Part shown: one piece after another, positions 18,393-26,913 of the stretch | How the letters are laid out: each line of letters opens with the position of its first letter | Position numbering within the stretch: position 1 is the stretch's first letter | From: a virus | Lineage: Duplodnaviria; Caudoviricetes | Length of the DNA stretch: 64,000 bases | Reading direction: 5' to 3' (one strand) | Virus record (IMG/VR): IMGVR_UViG_3300027898_000001 | Position numbers and translations under genes: made by a program | Notes under the pieces: generated by a model | Seen by the model: only the letters and a program-made list of their open reading frames with translations | Database searches by the model: none | What the model was told of the DNA's origin: nothing

Positions 18393-18659
18393 GTATGAGT
18401 TAATCGCCTACGGCTCATAACTCCACTCTGCTGCGCAGAGGTCTTTATCGTTACTTCGTAACTCTTATTCTTCGCTCCGCTCATCATCCGCTACACTACG
18501 TTCCGCTCCTATTTTTAACTAATCTGTTTTAATTCCTTTTTCTATGCGCTAACGCGCTTGATAATATTTTACGCCGCGCCGGTTCGAGGCTGCTTTCGTG
18601 CGCGTTTCGCGCTTTTCTGAGTAATTTTATATACTTTTTCACATAAACGAGTAAATGCT

Positions 18660-18965
18660 ATGATACCTATTACAATAGTTCTAGCTAGTGACAGATATAA
18701 TAGTTACGATGAATATACTGCTAATCAAACTGAACCTTCTGACGAAGAATTGGAAGAGCAACGTATAGAAGATGAACGTCAGGTTGCAGAAGATGCCAAG
18801 AAAGCTGATGAGGCTAAGAAAAAGCCAGCTGCTAAAGATGATACCGCTTCCGAAGATAGTAGTGAAGAAGGAGATGATTCTGACGAGGAATCCGACGATA
18901 CTGACGAAGACGAGGAATCTACTGATGATACCGATGATGAGGACGATACCAAGGCTGACAAATAG
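18660..18965 (+). CDS. small acidic low-complexity protein
   Basis: D/E-rich C-terminal half. Confidence 0.7.
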   Translation: MIPITIVLASDRYNSYDEYTANQTEPSDEELEEQRIEDERQVAEDAKKADEAKKKPAAKDDTASEDSSEEGDDSDEESDDTDEDEESTDDTDDEDDTKADK

Positions 18966-18975
18966 TGCAGCAGAA

Positions 18976-19206
18976 TTGGGCCGTATTAAAACGCACAGAG
19001 ACAAGCATATTAAAGCTCTATCTTATTATGATAGACGCAAAAACCTTTGTCGTTTAGATAACATTACACAGTTGGCATACATACGAGAATTAATGTTATT
19101 GCGTCTACGTATGGAACGTCCAGAACCTGTTAAAGACTACGATAGATTGTTGATGCGCTCTGCATTACAACACTTCAGATTTGGCCTACACCACCTTTGC
19201 AACTGA
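18976..19206 (+). CDS. hypothetical protein
   Basis: 3' part of track ORF 18772..19206; TTG start assumed. Confidence 0.4.
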   Translation: MGRIKTHRDKHIKALSYYDRRKNLCRLDNITQLAYIRELMLLRLRMERPEPVKDYDRLLMRSALQHFRFGLHHLCN

Positions 19207-19216
19207 GACATTTAAA

Positions 19217-19585
19217 ATGACCGAAATTCTTATTTCCACCAGTGCGTCCTCACCAAACAATGATTTAGACAGAGCCATTTATGAAGCTCTCAATACTTCA
19301 TTTGATCTTAAGGTAAACAAGAACGATCTGTACCGTTCCGTATTTAACGTAGTTAACGCTCCTGATGCTATTTTCAGATACAAAACTCTTTCCAAAGATC
19401 CGAGATACACTACACTGTGTCGCGCATTTGAAGACAGTATTTCCGAGCGGTATGATGAATTAATTGAGAAATATGATTCCGCAACCGATAGTGAATTATT
19501 GGATAAACTGCAGGATGCCTTGTCTAAAGATTTTGGTATCCAAGCACATATTAATCTAGGCCGTTTAATCGTATCTTTAGCATAG
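19217..19585 (+). CDS. hypothetical protein
   Basis: MTEILIS start. Confidence 0.65.
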   Translation: MTEILISTSASSPNNDLDRAIYEALNTSFDLKVNKNDLYRSVFNVVNAPDAIFRYKTLSKDPRYTTLCRAFEDSISERYDELIEKYDSATDSELLDKLQDALSKDFGIQAHINLGRLIVSLA

Positions 19586-19586
19586 T

Positions 19587-19707
19587 TTGAAACCGTCAGC
19601 AAAACATGATATAATGAGTTGTGAAAGAAATATCTATCCTGTCTGCACTTTGTAGGTATAGCTCATAGTTAATATTGAAATGTTTGTAAACTTTAGGAGT
19701 ATCAAAT
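19587..19707 (+). promoter_or_regulatory. repeat cassette copy 1: sigma70-type promoter + hairpin + RBS (no ORF follows)
   Basis: TTGAAA-N17-TATAAT(19610), TG extended -10, hairpin 19616-19664, TGTTTGTAAAC, AGGAG. Confidence 0.8.
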
Positions 19708-19829
19708 CTAGTGATGTAGATATTCAAGCTTACCAACTTTATTAAACCTTTTTCTGTTAGAGTGTTCTAATAAAACGAGTATTTATGATATCGGATAGAT
19801 TTAATTTAAAAGTGTAAACATTACAATAT

Positions 19830-19926
19830 GAAGTTGAGACTGAATGGTTACCGAACGGGGATGAAGCCTAGCGGGTCGACAGTTAAACATCCTGTTATGT
19901 ACTGGAGGTTACGCAGTCTCAGCTTC
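19830..19926 (+). ncRNA. candidate 97-nt small RNA
   Basis: 13-bp terminal stem GAAGTTGAGACTG/CAGTCTCAGCTTC with one G.U, inner helix AACGGGGATG/CATCCTGTT; TGTAAACA box ends 10 nt upstream. Confidence 0.55.
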
Positions 19927-20060
19927 CTCTGTTTCATCTAATCTAGTTGCGGCATTAAACTACCACGGCCTGCTCTTTTATTTAAGGTAATCATTATGTA
20001 TAACATGAATCCTGCACAACTATTACTCCTTCGATGTAGTACAATCATTGGAGAATTGTT

Positions 20061-20240
20061 ATGTCAAAGAAGTATTGTTTCAAATTCCTGCGAGTTGGTC
20101 CAGGCGGTATGAAATGTAACTGCTGCGCACCTGCTCCAGGGAAACGCAAAGAAATGTTCCGCAGTGCTAAGCGCCAGTTAGATCGTGCGTTGATGCGTGT
20201 GGAAAAGCAAGAACTCGAGGCTATTCGTAAAGAAAGCTAA
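20061..20240 (+). CDS. 59-aa Cys-containing small protein
   Basis: Below track cutoff; GGAG RBS; VGPGGMKCNCCAP. Confidence 0.65.
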   Translation: MSKKYCFKFLRVGPGGMKCNCCAPAPGKRKEMFRSAKRQLDRALMRVEKQELEAIRKES

Positions 20241-20243
20241 AAG

Positions 20244-20251
20244 TGTAAATA
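20244..20251 (+). promoter_or_regulatory. TGTAAATA box (tRNA)
   Basis: AAGTGTAAATA, 33 nt before the tRNA. Confidence 0.7.
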
Positions 20252-20283
20252 AGTGTTGACAGATAACTACTGTCCCTTACAAC

Positions 20284-20360
20284 GGGCCTATAGCTCAGTT
20301 GGTCAGAGCGTTCGGCTCATAACCGAAATGTCCGCAGTTCAAGTCTGCGTGGGCCCACCA
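20284..20360 (+). tRNA. tRNA with CAT anticodon, probably tRNA-Ile2 (lysidine type); Met not excluded
   Basis: Cloverleaf: GGGCCTA/TGGGCCC acceptor, TTCGG-CTCATAA-CCGAA anticodon arm, GTTCAA T loop, encoded CCA; C4:G69 and C5:G68 pairs. Confidence 0.92.
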
Positions 20361-20525
20361 ACATAACCCAACTAATGTTATTCGTAAGGAATCTTTTAAT
20401 CATGTTAATAAAAACAAGAACTGTGTTAAAAACGAATGGAAAAAACGTACAAGTCATTACAGTAAAACGTAAGACGATAGTTGCACCTACACAACACCTA
20501 GCTTTCGCTAAAGTCGCGTGATATA

Positions 20526-20558
20526 AAAATGCCTCCCTCGTGGAGGCATTTTGCTTTT
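20526..20558 (+). terminator. intrinsic terminator
   Basis: AAAATGCCTCC-CTCGT-GGAGGCATTTT followed by T-rich run. Confidence 0.75.
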
Positions 20559-20568
20559 GGAGACAAAA

Positions 20569-20946
20569 ATGTTTGTACCGATTTTTATATTTTTCAGTGA
20601 AGTCGTCGATTCACTTATCTACGTAGATACACTGGACACTGCACACCGTTGCGATTCAACTATGTTGCAACAAATATCGCATATTATGGACAACTACCTA
20701 AATGCAGTAGTATATCTACTGCCTGTGAAGGCACCACTCAAACCTGCTATCCAAGACATTCAAACACGCCACAAAGCATGGTCCGTTGAAGTGTTTGTAC
20801 ACAAATCACAATATAGCACAATAACTAAAAGCAGCCCGTTTTTACCTAATATGATCCAAGATTGTATTGATACTCGTGCTAGATTAAATCTTAGCTCTAT
20901 TCGCAATAGACTTGAAACTACTATGGAGACTGAAAATGAATATTGA
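20569..20946 (+). CDS. hypothetical protein
   Basis: GGAG RBS, ATG 20569. Confidence 0.65.
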   Translation: MFVPIFIFFSEVVDSLIYVDTLDTAHRCDSTMLQQISHIMDNYLNAVVYLLPVKAPLKPAIQDIQTRHKAWSVEVFVHKSQYSTITKSSPFLPNMIQDCIDTRARLNLSSIRNRLETTMETENEY

Positions 20947-21382
20947 TTTAACTATTACTGCAACAGCGCAAGAACCTGCCTATGTTATCAGTGGTTTTCC
21001 TGGTATAGGTAAATCACACTTTCAAAGCACTAGAGAGCGTGTATCTGATTCTGATAGTAGCAAATTCCCGAAAGACAATTTCCCTGCAAACTATATCGAA
21101 CATATCAAGGTCGCTATTAATGATAATGCGTTTGTTATGGTGTCTTCTCACGATGTTGTCCGTCAGGCTTTGGTTGATAACAATATTCCCTACATGTTAG
21201 TATATCCTGCGAAAGAATTAAAAGCAGAGTATATGCAACGATACACAGAGCGAGGTTCGCCGCAACCATTCTTAGACTTAATGGATAAAAACTGGGATTC
21301 GTTTGTTGATGGTTGTAAGTCACAAGATGGTTGTACGCACATTGAATTACAGGCTGGGCAATACCTGTCGGATGTGGTGTAA
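20936..21382 (+). CDS. small P-loop NTPase (nucleotide-kinase-like)
   Basis: VISGFPGIGKS Walker A; YxxRG lid-like motif. Confidence 0.7.
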   Translation: MNIDLTITATAQEPAYVISGFPGIGKSHFQSTRERVSDSDSSKFPKDNFPANYIEHIKVAINDNAFVMVSSHDVVRQALVDNNIPYMLVYPAKELKAEYMQRYTERGSPQPFLDLMDKNWDSFVDGCKSQDGCTHIELQAGQYLSDVV

Positions 21383-21386
21383 TGTT

Positions 21387-21710
21387 ATGACTGCAAAATA
21401 TAAAGCATTACATGACGTACTGTATTCAAGATTCCTTAATCTTCGTATGCACTTTGTTATACCCGGTTTTCGTGAAAAAATGTTGCGCGAGCATTCTTTA
21501 CCTGAGGCCTTACAGTTTATATTGTTTGATTGTTGTGTCTACGTGTTACCTGCAGAAAATTTAACAGGATATAATTCTGTTTATATAACGCAAGGTGATT
21601 TTATTGCCTGGTTATTTATAGATAAAAATCATTATATCCTAGATACTTATTCAGAATTACCTTTTAAAATATTAGCAAATATTCTAATTGAGTTGGATAC
21701 ACGTATATGA
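21387..21710 (+). CDS. hypothetical protein
   Basis: Start moved to MTAKYK. Confidence 0.65.
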   Translation: MTAKYKALHDVLYSRFLNLRMHFVIPGFREKMLREHSLPEALQFILFDCCVYVLPAENLTGYNSVYITQGDFIAWLFIDKNHYILDTYSELPFKILANILIELDTRI

Positions 21711-22181
21711 AAACTATTTATTTCAACAAGTTCTCCGAAAATAGATTATCCTAAAATCGAAAATGTCCAATTACATTTAGATGATCCTGATAAAAATACG
21801 GATGCTGCGCATGTGAAAGATGGTCGTATTGTATTTTTATGCAGAGCTGACATTGAAAATTCTATAGCAACACAAACTTTTGTTTGGTCTGATAAAAGTT
21901 TCGTGCGTGGGTATGCTAGAAAATTTATGCACTATGTATTGAAAGAAATTGGTATCATCCGCACATCTAAGACACAGCGTCCACTTGGCATTGAAATGTG
22001 GAAGAAGTTTATTGTTGAATGTTTGCATAGTTCTAATTATGTTTATTGGGGCAATGATTTTTCGTCTTTACACCAAATATCTAGGGTTACTGAATTGGAT
22101 AAACATTATTCTGATATTTGGGGCAATTCTTCCGAGCATGGAATGCAACATAAACATGTTTCAACCAAACCATTAATGTAA
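21711..22181 (+). CDS. hypothetical protein; 5' end frameshifted or reached by readthrough
   Basis: Frame open from 21711; nearest coupled ATG (21707) is one base out of frame. Confidence 0.55.
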   Translation, partial: KLFISTSSPKIDYPKIENVQLHLDDPDKNTDAAHVKDGRIVFLCRADIENSIATQTFVWSDKSFVRGYARKFMHYVLKEIGIIRTSKTQRPLGIEMWKKFIVECLHSSNYVYWGNDFSSLHQISRVTELDKHYSDIWGNSSEHGMQHKHVSTKPLM

Positions 22182-22184
22182 ATA
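22177..22184 (+). promoter_or_regulatory. TGTAAATA box (topoisomerase)
   Basis: 34 nt before the start. Confidence 0.65.
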
Positions 22185-22217
22185 TACAAAAACATTTCTC
22201 TATTAGGAAAGTTAAGT

Positions 22218-24221
22218 ATGAGTGAAAAGAAAAAGAAAAGTGCCAGCCAAGATGGTTTTCAGGTATTAGAAAATCTTGATGGTATAAAAGCCAACCCGTC
22301 TATGTACTTGGGTAATCTAGGCGAGGACATGGCCTACCGCTGCGTTAAGGAGCCTGTCGACAACGCTTACGATGAAGCCGTTGCAGGTAGAAACAAGCTA
22401 ATCGAAGTGTGTTTAAACTACGATACTGACTATATAACTGTAGCAGATGGTGCCGGAGGTGTGCCGACCGAATTAAAGACACTAAAATCCGGCGAGAAGA
22501 TTAGTATTCTAACGGCAGCGTTTACTCGTGTTCACGCTGGCGGTAAATTTAATGCTACATCGTACAAAACATCTGCAGGAACCCATGGCGTAGGTGTTGC
22601 TGCTGTAAATGCTGTGTCAGAAGAAATGCGAGTATGGTCAAACTATAGAAATAAGCTAGTACATCAGGCGTATCTAGGTGGAGACATATCAACAAAAGGT
22701 CCGCATCCAGTACAAGTTAAATCTGTGGATAAAGACGTTGCCGTAATGCTTCGAGATAAGCCTACAGATTACGGTACTATTGTCACAATAAAACTCAATC
22801 AGTCCATAGTATCAGAAAATGCCCGTCGTGGTAAAGCACTGCCTAAGAATTTCGTTAAAGCCGAACCAAATGCAAAACAAATTGCATCTTGGCTTAAGAA
22901 CATGGCTTACTTGAATCCAGGTTTAGAGATTCGATTCTCGTTTATCCGTAAAGGTAAGCGTAAAGACCTCACGTTTATCAATAAGAAAGATTTAGCGTGG
23001 ATACCAAAACAAATGTGCGAAGTCCATGAGCTATCTGCTATGGGCAAACCGCTTGTGTTTAAGAACGATAACATTAGTTGTGCTATTGTGTGGGCAGATC
23101 ATCCAGACACGGATAACTTCTTAACATTCGTAAACACATCACCAACTGTTGATGGTGGTTGGCACGTTACAGGCTTTATGACTGCACTTGGCCAGGCGAT
23201 CAAACCATTCTTACCTGTATCTAAGGGCAAGAAAAAGAAAGATGCAGGCTTTTCAAACAGTGACTTGTTAATTGGCCTTACTGGTATGTTTGACTGGCGT
23301 ATGCACGGTGCGGCGTACACGAGCCAAGTTAAAGATAAGCTAGCCAGTAAAGTTGACCGTGAAGTACATGAAATCATGCTGCCTGTATTTGAGAGCTATT
23401 TCAAAGCAAACAGTAAAGTCGCTAAAGCGATTATCAAACGCGCACAGACCATGACTAAAGGTCGTGAAGAATTAGCGGCAGTTGTTAAGAGTATGGCGGA
23501 TGTTAAGAAAAAGAAAAAAGGTAATACACTACCCTCTTGTTTAGCTGCTAGTCCAAAAGCTAAATCAAGTGAGCGTGAGCTTTACGTTGTTGAAGGTGAT
23601 TCTGCGGCTAAAACTGCTATTGATGCTCGTAATGGTATGTATCAAGAAGTATTAGGTGCAGGAGGTAAACCTCTTAACGCACTAAAAGCCACTTTAGCTA
23701 AGGTGTTAGCACATGAAGAAATTCAAAACATGCTTATCTGTTTGGGTGCTGATATTAAGACTCTTGATCCTAAAGCAGAAAACCCCACACTGTCTGTTGA
23801 TAAGTTACGTGCTGCACATCTGATATTCTTAGTTGATCCTGATCCTGATGGTTATCACATTGCAGTGTTGTTCCTAGCAGCTATTTACCGTTTGATGCCA
23901 GACTTACTGCGTCAAGGTCGCGTGTGGTGTGTTCGAGCTCCACTGTATGCAGTTGTTTATAAAGGTAAGTTGTATGGTGGTGAGACATTCCAAGAAGCTC
24001 GCGCAACTGCGCCTAAAGAAGTGAAAGACAAAGACATTATACGCATTAAAGGTTGGGGGGAGGTTGATGAGACTGTTCTCGAACCTATTGCATTCGATCC
24101 TAAGATTCGTAATCTAATTCGTATCAACCCTTTTGAAAGTGCTGAGCAAGCGAAATTCTTTAGAGGTGTGGTTGGTGAAGATGCTGTGTACCGTCGTCAG
24201 TTGTTAGGGTTGGAGAACTAA
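22218..24221 (+). CDS. type IIA DNA topoisomerase subunit B (GyrB/ParE-like)
   Basis: GHKL motifs EPVDNAYDE, DGAGG, HAGGKF, GTHGVG; TOPRIM EGDSA and DPDPDG; IKGWGE. Confidence 0.93.
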   Translation: MSEKKKKSASQDGFQVLENLDGIKANPSMYLGNLGEDMAYRCVKEPVDNAYDEAVAGRNKLIEVCLNYDTDYITVADGAGGVPTELKTLKSGEKISILTAAFTRVHAGGKFNATSYKTSAGTHGVGVAAVNAVSEEMRVWSNYRNKLVHQAYLGGDISTKGPHPVQVKSVDKDVAVMLRDKPTDYGTIVTIKLNQSIVSENARRGKALPKNFVKAEPNAKQIASWLKNMAYLNPGLEIRFSFIRKGKRKDLTFINKKDLAWIPKQMCEVHELSAMGKPLVFKNDNISCAIVWADHPDTDNFLTFVNTSPTVDGGWHVTGFMTALGQAIKPFLPVSKGKKKKDAGFSNSDLLIGLTGMFDWRMHGAAYTSQVKDKLASKVDREVHEIMLPVFESYFKANSKVAKAIIKRAQTMTKGREELAAVVKSMADVKKKKKGNTLPSCLAASPKAKSSERELYVVEGDSAAKTAIDARNGMYQEVLGAGGKPLNALKATLAKVLAHEEIQNMLICLGADIKTLDPKAENPTLSVDKLRAAHLIFLVDPDPDGYHIAVLFLAAIYRLMPDLLRQGRVWCVRAPLYAVVYKGKLYGGETFQEARATAPKEVKDKDIIRIKGWGEVDETVLEPIAFDPKIRNLIRINPFESAEQAKFFRGVVGEDAVYRRQLLGLEN

Positions 24222-24222
24222 G

Positions 24223-25845
24223 ATGAAGAAGTCTAAGAAAAACACTCGTGATATAAAGGGCGTTGATGTTAGTGGTACAAACGTGAGCAAAAAGACGATC
24301 GCACCAACTGCTGAATTGTTGGATGTAGATGCTCCAGTTAAGTTTCTGCCAATGTTGAATCAACCTGAATCTAATGTTATCAATATGGGTATGGCGGATT
24401 TTACTGAAGATGCACTACGTAGGTACGGTAGTTATGTTGTTGAAGAACGTGCTATTCCTGATTTTCGAGATGGTCTAAAACCGTCACATAGAGCTGTGTT
24501 GTGGTCATTGTGTGGTTTAGGTTTACGGCCAAGCAGCTCGTATAAGAAATCAGCACGTACAGTAGGTGATGCTATTGGTAAATATCATCCACACGGAGAT
24601 GCTGCTACTTATGGTGCTATGGTTACTATCGCTAACACGATGCCTCCAGTTGTTGACGGTCAAGGTAACTGGGGCACACCTATAAATATGGCAGCAGCTT
24701 ATAGATATACTGAAGCAAAGATAAGTAAGTTTGCACATTTGTTTATGGCAGACACTAAGTATCTTGAAGTAATACCAAAAGTACCAAACTTCTCTGGTGA
24801 TGATGTTATTCCTCTGTACATGCCTGCCCTGCTGCCTTACATACTGTTCATAGGTAACGTACCAGCACCAGCTTATGGTGTACGTGCTGGTAATCCTAGC
24901 TTCTCATTCAAGAGTGTTGCTAAAGTCGTTATTGAAATGTTGAAAGGTGTTGAGTATAATCATAAAAAGTTAGCCAAGCAATTAAAGATTCAACATGCGT
25001 TTGGTTGTGATGATGCTACCGATGATGATGCGTTCTTAGAAATGATTAGCACAGGTAAGGGTAATATTACCTACATGCCAAAAGCTGATTACGATTTTGA
25101 TAAGCGTGTTATTCGTATTCAATCGTTTACACCTGGATCATTATCTTCAGTTAAGAACATAGATAACACCCTTGCCAAGATAAGTAACATTGAAGGTGTT
25201 AGGGAAGCATACTCCGCACAAGGTAAAAAATCTGTTGGTAGCGGACCGTACGGTGCACTATTCAATATTGAATTGCAGAAATCTTTATCGGATGACCGCT
25301 TTGATTCTATTTGTGAGAAAGTTGACCACATTATTACATCATCGGTTAACTATCGTCTTGGTATCACAATTCGTAAGTCGGACGAAACTAACAAATTCAA
25401 GTATGTGAATTACTTGTCATTACTACAGGCGTGGATTAAATATCGTATTGCGCTTGAAGTGAAAATGATTAAGCACTTGAAAATGAAGGCTGAGCGCGAC
25501 CTGCATATCAATGAGGTGTACTTGTTTGCTATTGAAAACATGGACAAAATTCTCAAGATATTACCTAAGGTTCTTGTTGCCAAAGAGCCTGATGTTACAT
25601 TAGCAAGTGCGTTGAAGATGCCTGTAGAAGATGCGACAATTATATTGGATCGTAAAGTTCGACAGTTGGCTAAGTTGGAAGCAGGTGCTATCAAAGAAAA
25701 GGTCCGTGCGTTGAAAGCCGAGATTATGCAGCTATCTAAAGACCTGAAAGACCCTGGTGGTCGTGCCGCACGTGATACAGAAGAACGTGTTGCCACTTAT
25801 TTGAAATCACCCGATTCTCCACAGTCTGGTCTAAAATTCGAGTAA
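24223..25845 (+). CDS. type IIA DNA topoisomerase subunit A (GyrA/ParC-like, no C-terminal pinwheel)
   Basis: RAIPDFRDGLKP, KKSARTVGD, YHPHGD, DGQGNWG, catalytic AAYRYTE. Confidence 0.93.
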   Translation: MKKSKKNTRDIKGVDVSGTNVSKKTIAPTAELLDVDAPVKFLPMLNQPESNVINMGMADFTEDALRRYGSYVVEERAIPDFRDGLKPSHRAVLWSLCGLGLRPSSSYKKSARTVGDAIGKYHPHGDAATYGAMVTIANTMPPVVDGQGNWGTPINMAAAYRYTEAKISKFAHLFMADTKYLEVIPKVPNFSGDDVIPLYMPALLPYILFIGNVPAPAYGVRAGNPSFSFKSVAKVVIEMLKGVEYNHKKLAKQLKIQHAFGCDDATDDDAFLEMISTGKGNITYMPKADYDFDKRVIRIQSFTPGSLSSVKNIDNTLAKISNIEGVREAYSAQGKKSVGSGPYGALFNIELQKSLSDDRFDSICEKVDHIITSSVNYRLGITIRKSDETNKFKYVNYLSLLQAWIKYRIALEVKMIKHLKMKAERDLHINEVYLFAIENMDKILKILPKVLVAKEPDVTLASALKMPVEDATIILDRKVRQLAKLEAGAIKEKVRALKAEIMQLSKDLKDPGGRAARDTEERVATYLKSPDSPQSGLKFE

Positions 25846-25850
25846 ATATT

Positions 25851-26276
25851 ATGAAAGTATACATACCAGCAAACTCTGAACATTTCAATTACGATGTAAC
25901 ATCTTTAACTTGTAGTCTGAAGACAGAATCGGGATTCACTTTAAGTGGTAGTGCGTTAACCTATGCTCAGCAATGTATAGCCGATATAGCACCTGACACA
26001 TCTTGTGATTTTTCTATAACTTCTTTTCGTATTGTTGGTATGGATCAGAACTGCGAACGCGGGTTATATGTTGAGTACGACATTACTGTCACTACAGATG
26101 TTCAATTTGTAGCATACAAGACCTCGCACAGTCGCCAGAAACTTTATGTTATGGACTTAGAGCGAGAATTAATTACAACTGAACCTGAAAGTGCCATTAA
26201 ATATTCAATAGATGAAGCACTCGAATTGAAAGACCGCAATTATTATATAGAAGTCTTTGCTGGGTACCGTGTATGA
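25851..26276 (+). CDS. hypothetical protein
   Basis: Operon packing. Confidence 0.7.
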   Translation: MKVYIPANSEHFNYDVTSLTCSLKTESGFTLSGSALTYAQQCIADIAPDTSCDFSITSFRIVGMDQNCERGLYVEYDITVTTDVQFVAYKTSHSRQKLYVMDLERELITTEPESAIKYSIDEALELKDRNYYIEVFAGYRV

Positions 26277-26578
26277 AGCACATAAAAGCCTTTGCGGATA
26301 TTGTTGGTGATGAGGACGAAGTCAAACGGTTCATAGAAGACCATGACCTTGAAATATTCTTGATTAGCGTTATGAACAAAATATTGCGAGAGCCGACCGT
26401 TGTGTCATTGACGCTTGAACTATTTGAAATGGATGACAATTCCAATCGCCTATATTTACTAGGCGATTGTACTTTGGAAGATGCTTCTGATATTGTAGAT
26501 TTGGAAGAGCGTATCTTCCAAGAAGTGTTTGTAACAGACAGTAGCTATGATGGAAAGGTTGTATTCTCATTGGACTAA
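26273..26578 (+). CDS. hypothetical protein
   Basis: Start/stop overlap with upstream gene. Confidence 0.7.
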   Translation: MKHIKAFADIVGDEDEVKRFIEDHDLEIFLISVMNKILREPTVVSLTLELFEMDDNSNRLYLLGDCTLEDASDIVDLEERIFQEVFVTDSSYDGKVVFSLD

Positions 26579-26582
26579 TATC

Positions 26583-26912
26583 ATGCAAGAAAAATTGAAT
26601 GAGTTGATTGCTAAAATAAGTAGTTTGAATAATAAAGAATTTTACGAACAGTTTGTTCTTGAAACCTTTCGACAAGACCAATTCCGAAACAACCTCTCAC
26701 TGCTGGCAGTAGGTGATTACTGTGAAGACATTATCAAAGATTTCCAATGCTTCAATGCAGAAGAAAATGCTGGCGACTACTTGGGTGATATTTACGGGCA
26801 CCCAGTAGTACGTCTTCACAGTTATCCAAAGAACTGCTTTATGTTTGTAGCATACAATATCAACATGCGTATAATTAGTAGTTTAACATATTACGATACT
26901 ACAAAGGTGTAA
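26583..26912 (+). CDS. hypothetical protein
   Basis: Start MQEKLN. Confidence 0.65.
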   Translation: MQEKLNELIAKISSLNNKEFYEQFVLETFRQDQFRNNLSLLAVGDYCEDIIKDFQCFNAEENAGDYLGDIYGHPVVRLHSYPKNCFMFVAYNINMRIISSLTYYDTTKV

Positions 26913-26913
26913 C

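Larger units (their letters stand above)
17502..18659. other. large non-coding region at the strand switch; candidate replication origin
   Basis: No credible ORF; GNA-triloop hairpins on + strand at 18129-18187 and on - strand at 18406-18480; 15-bp direct repeat at 18344 and 18378. Confidence 0.5.

Noticed and set aside
19830-19926. Retron msr-msd (terminal inverted repeats)
   Set aside because: No reverse transcriptase in the window and no clear msd hairpin
20284-20360. Initiator tRNA-fMet
   Set aside because: Position 1:72 is a G:C pair and the anticodon stem lacks three G:C pairs
20402-20521. Short ORF after the tRNA
   Set aside because: 39 codons, weak RBS, no recognisable motif; not supportable
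22218-25845. True DNA gyrase (gyrA/gyrB symbols)
   Set aside because: A subunit lacks the GyrA box and pinwheel CTD, so symbols were withheld
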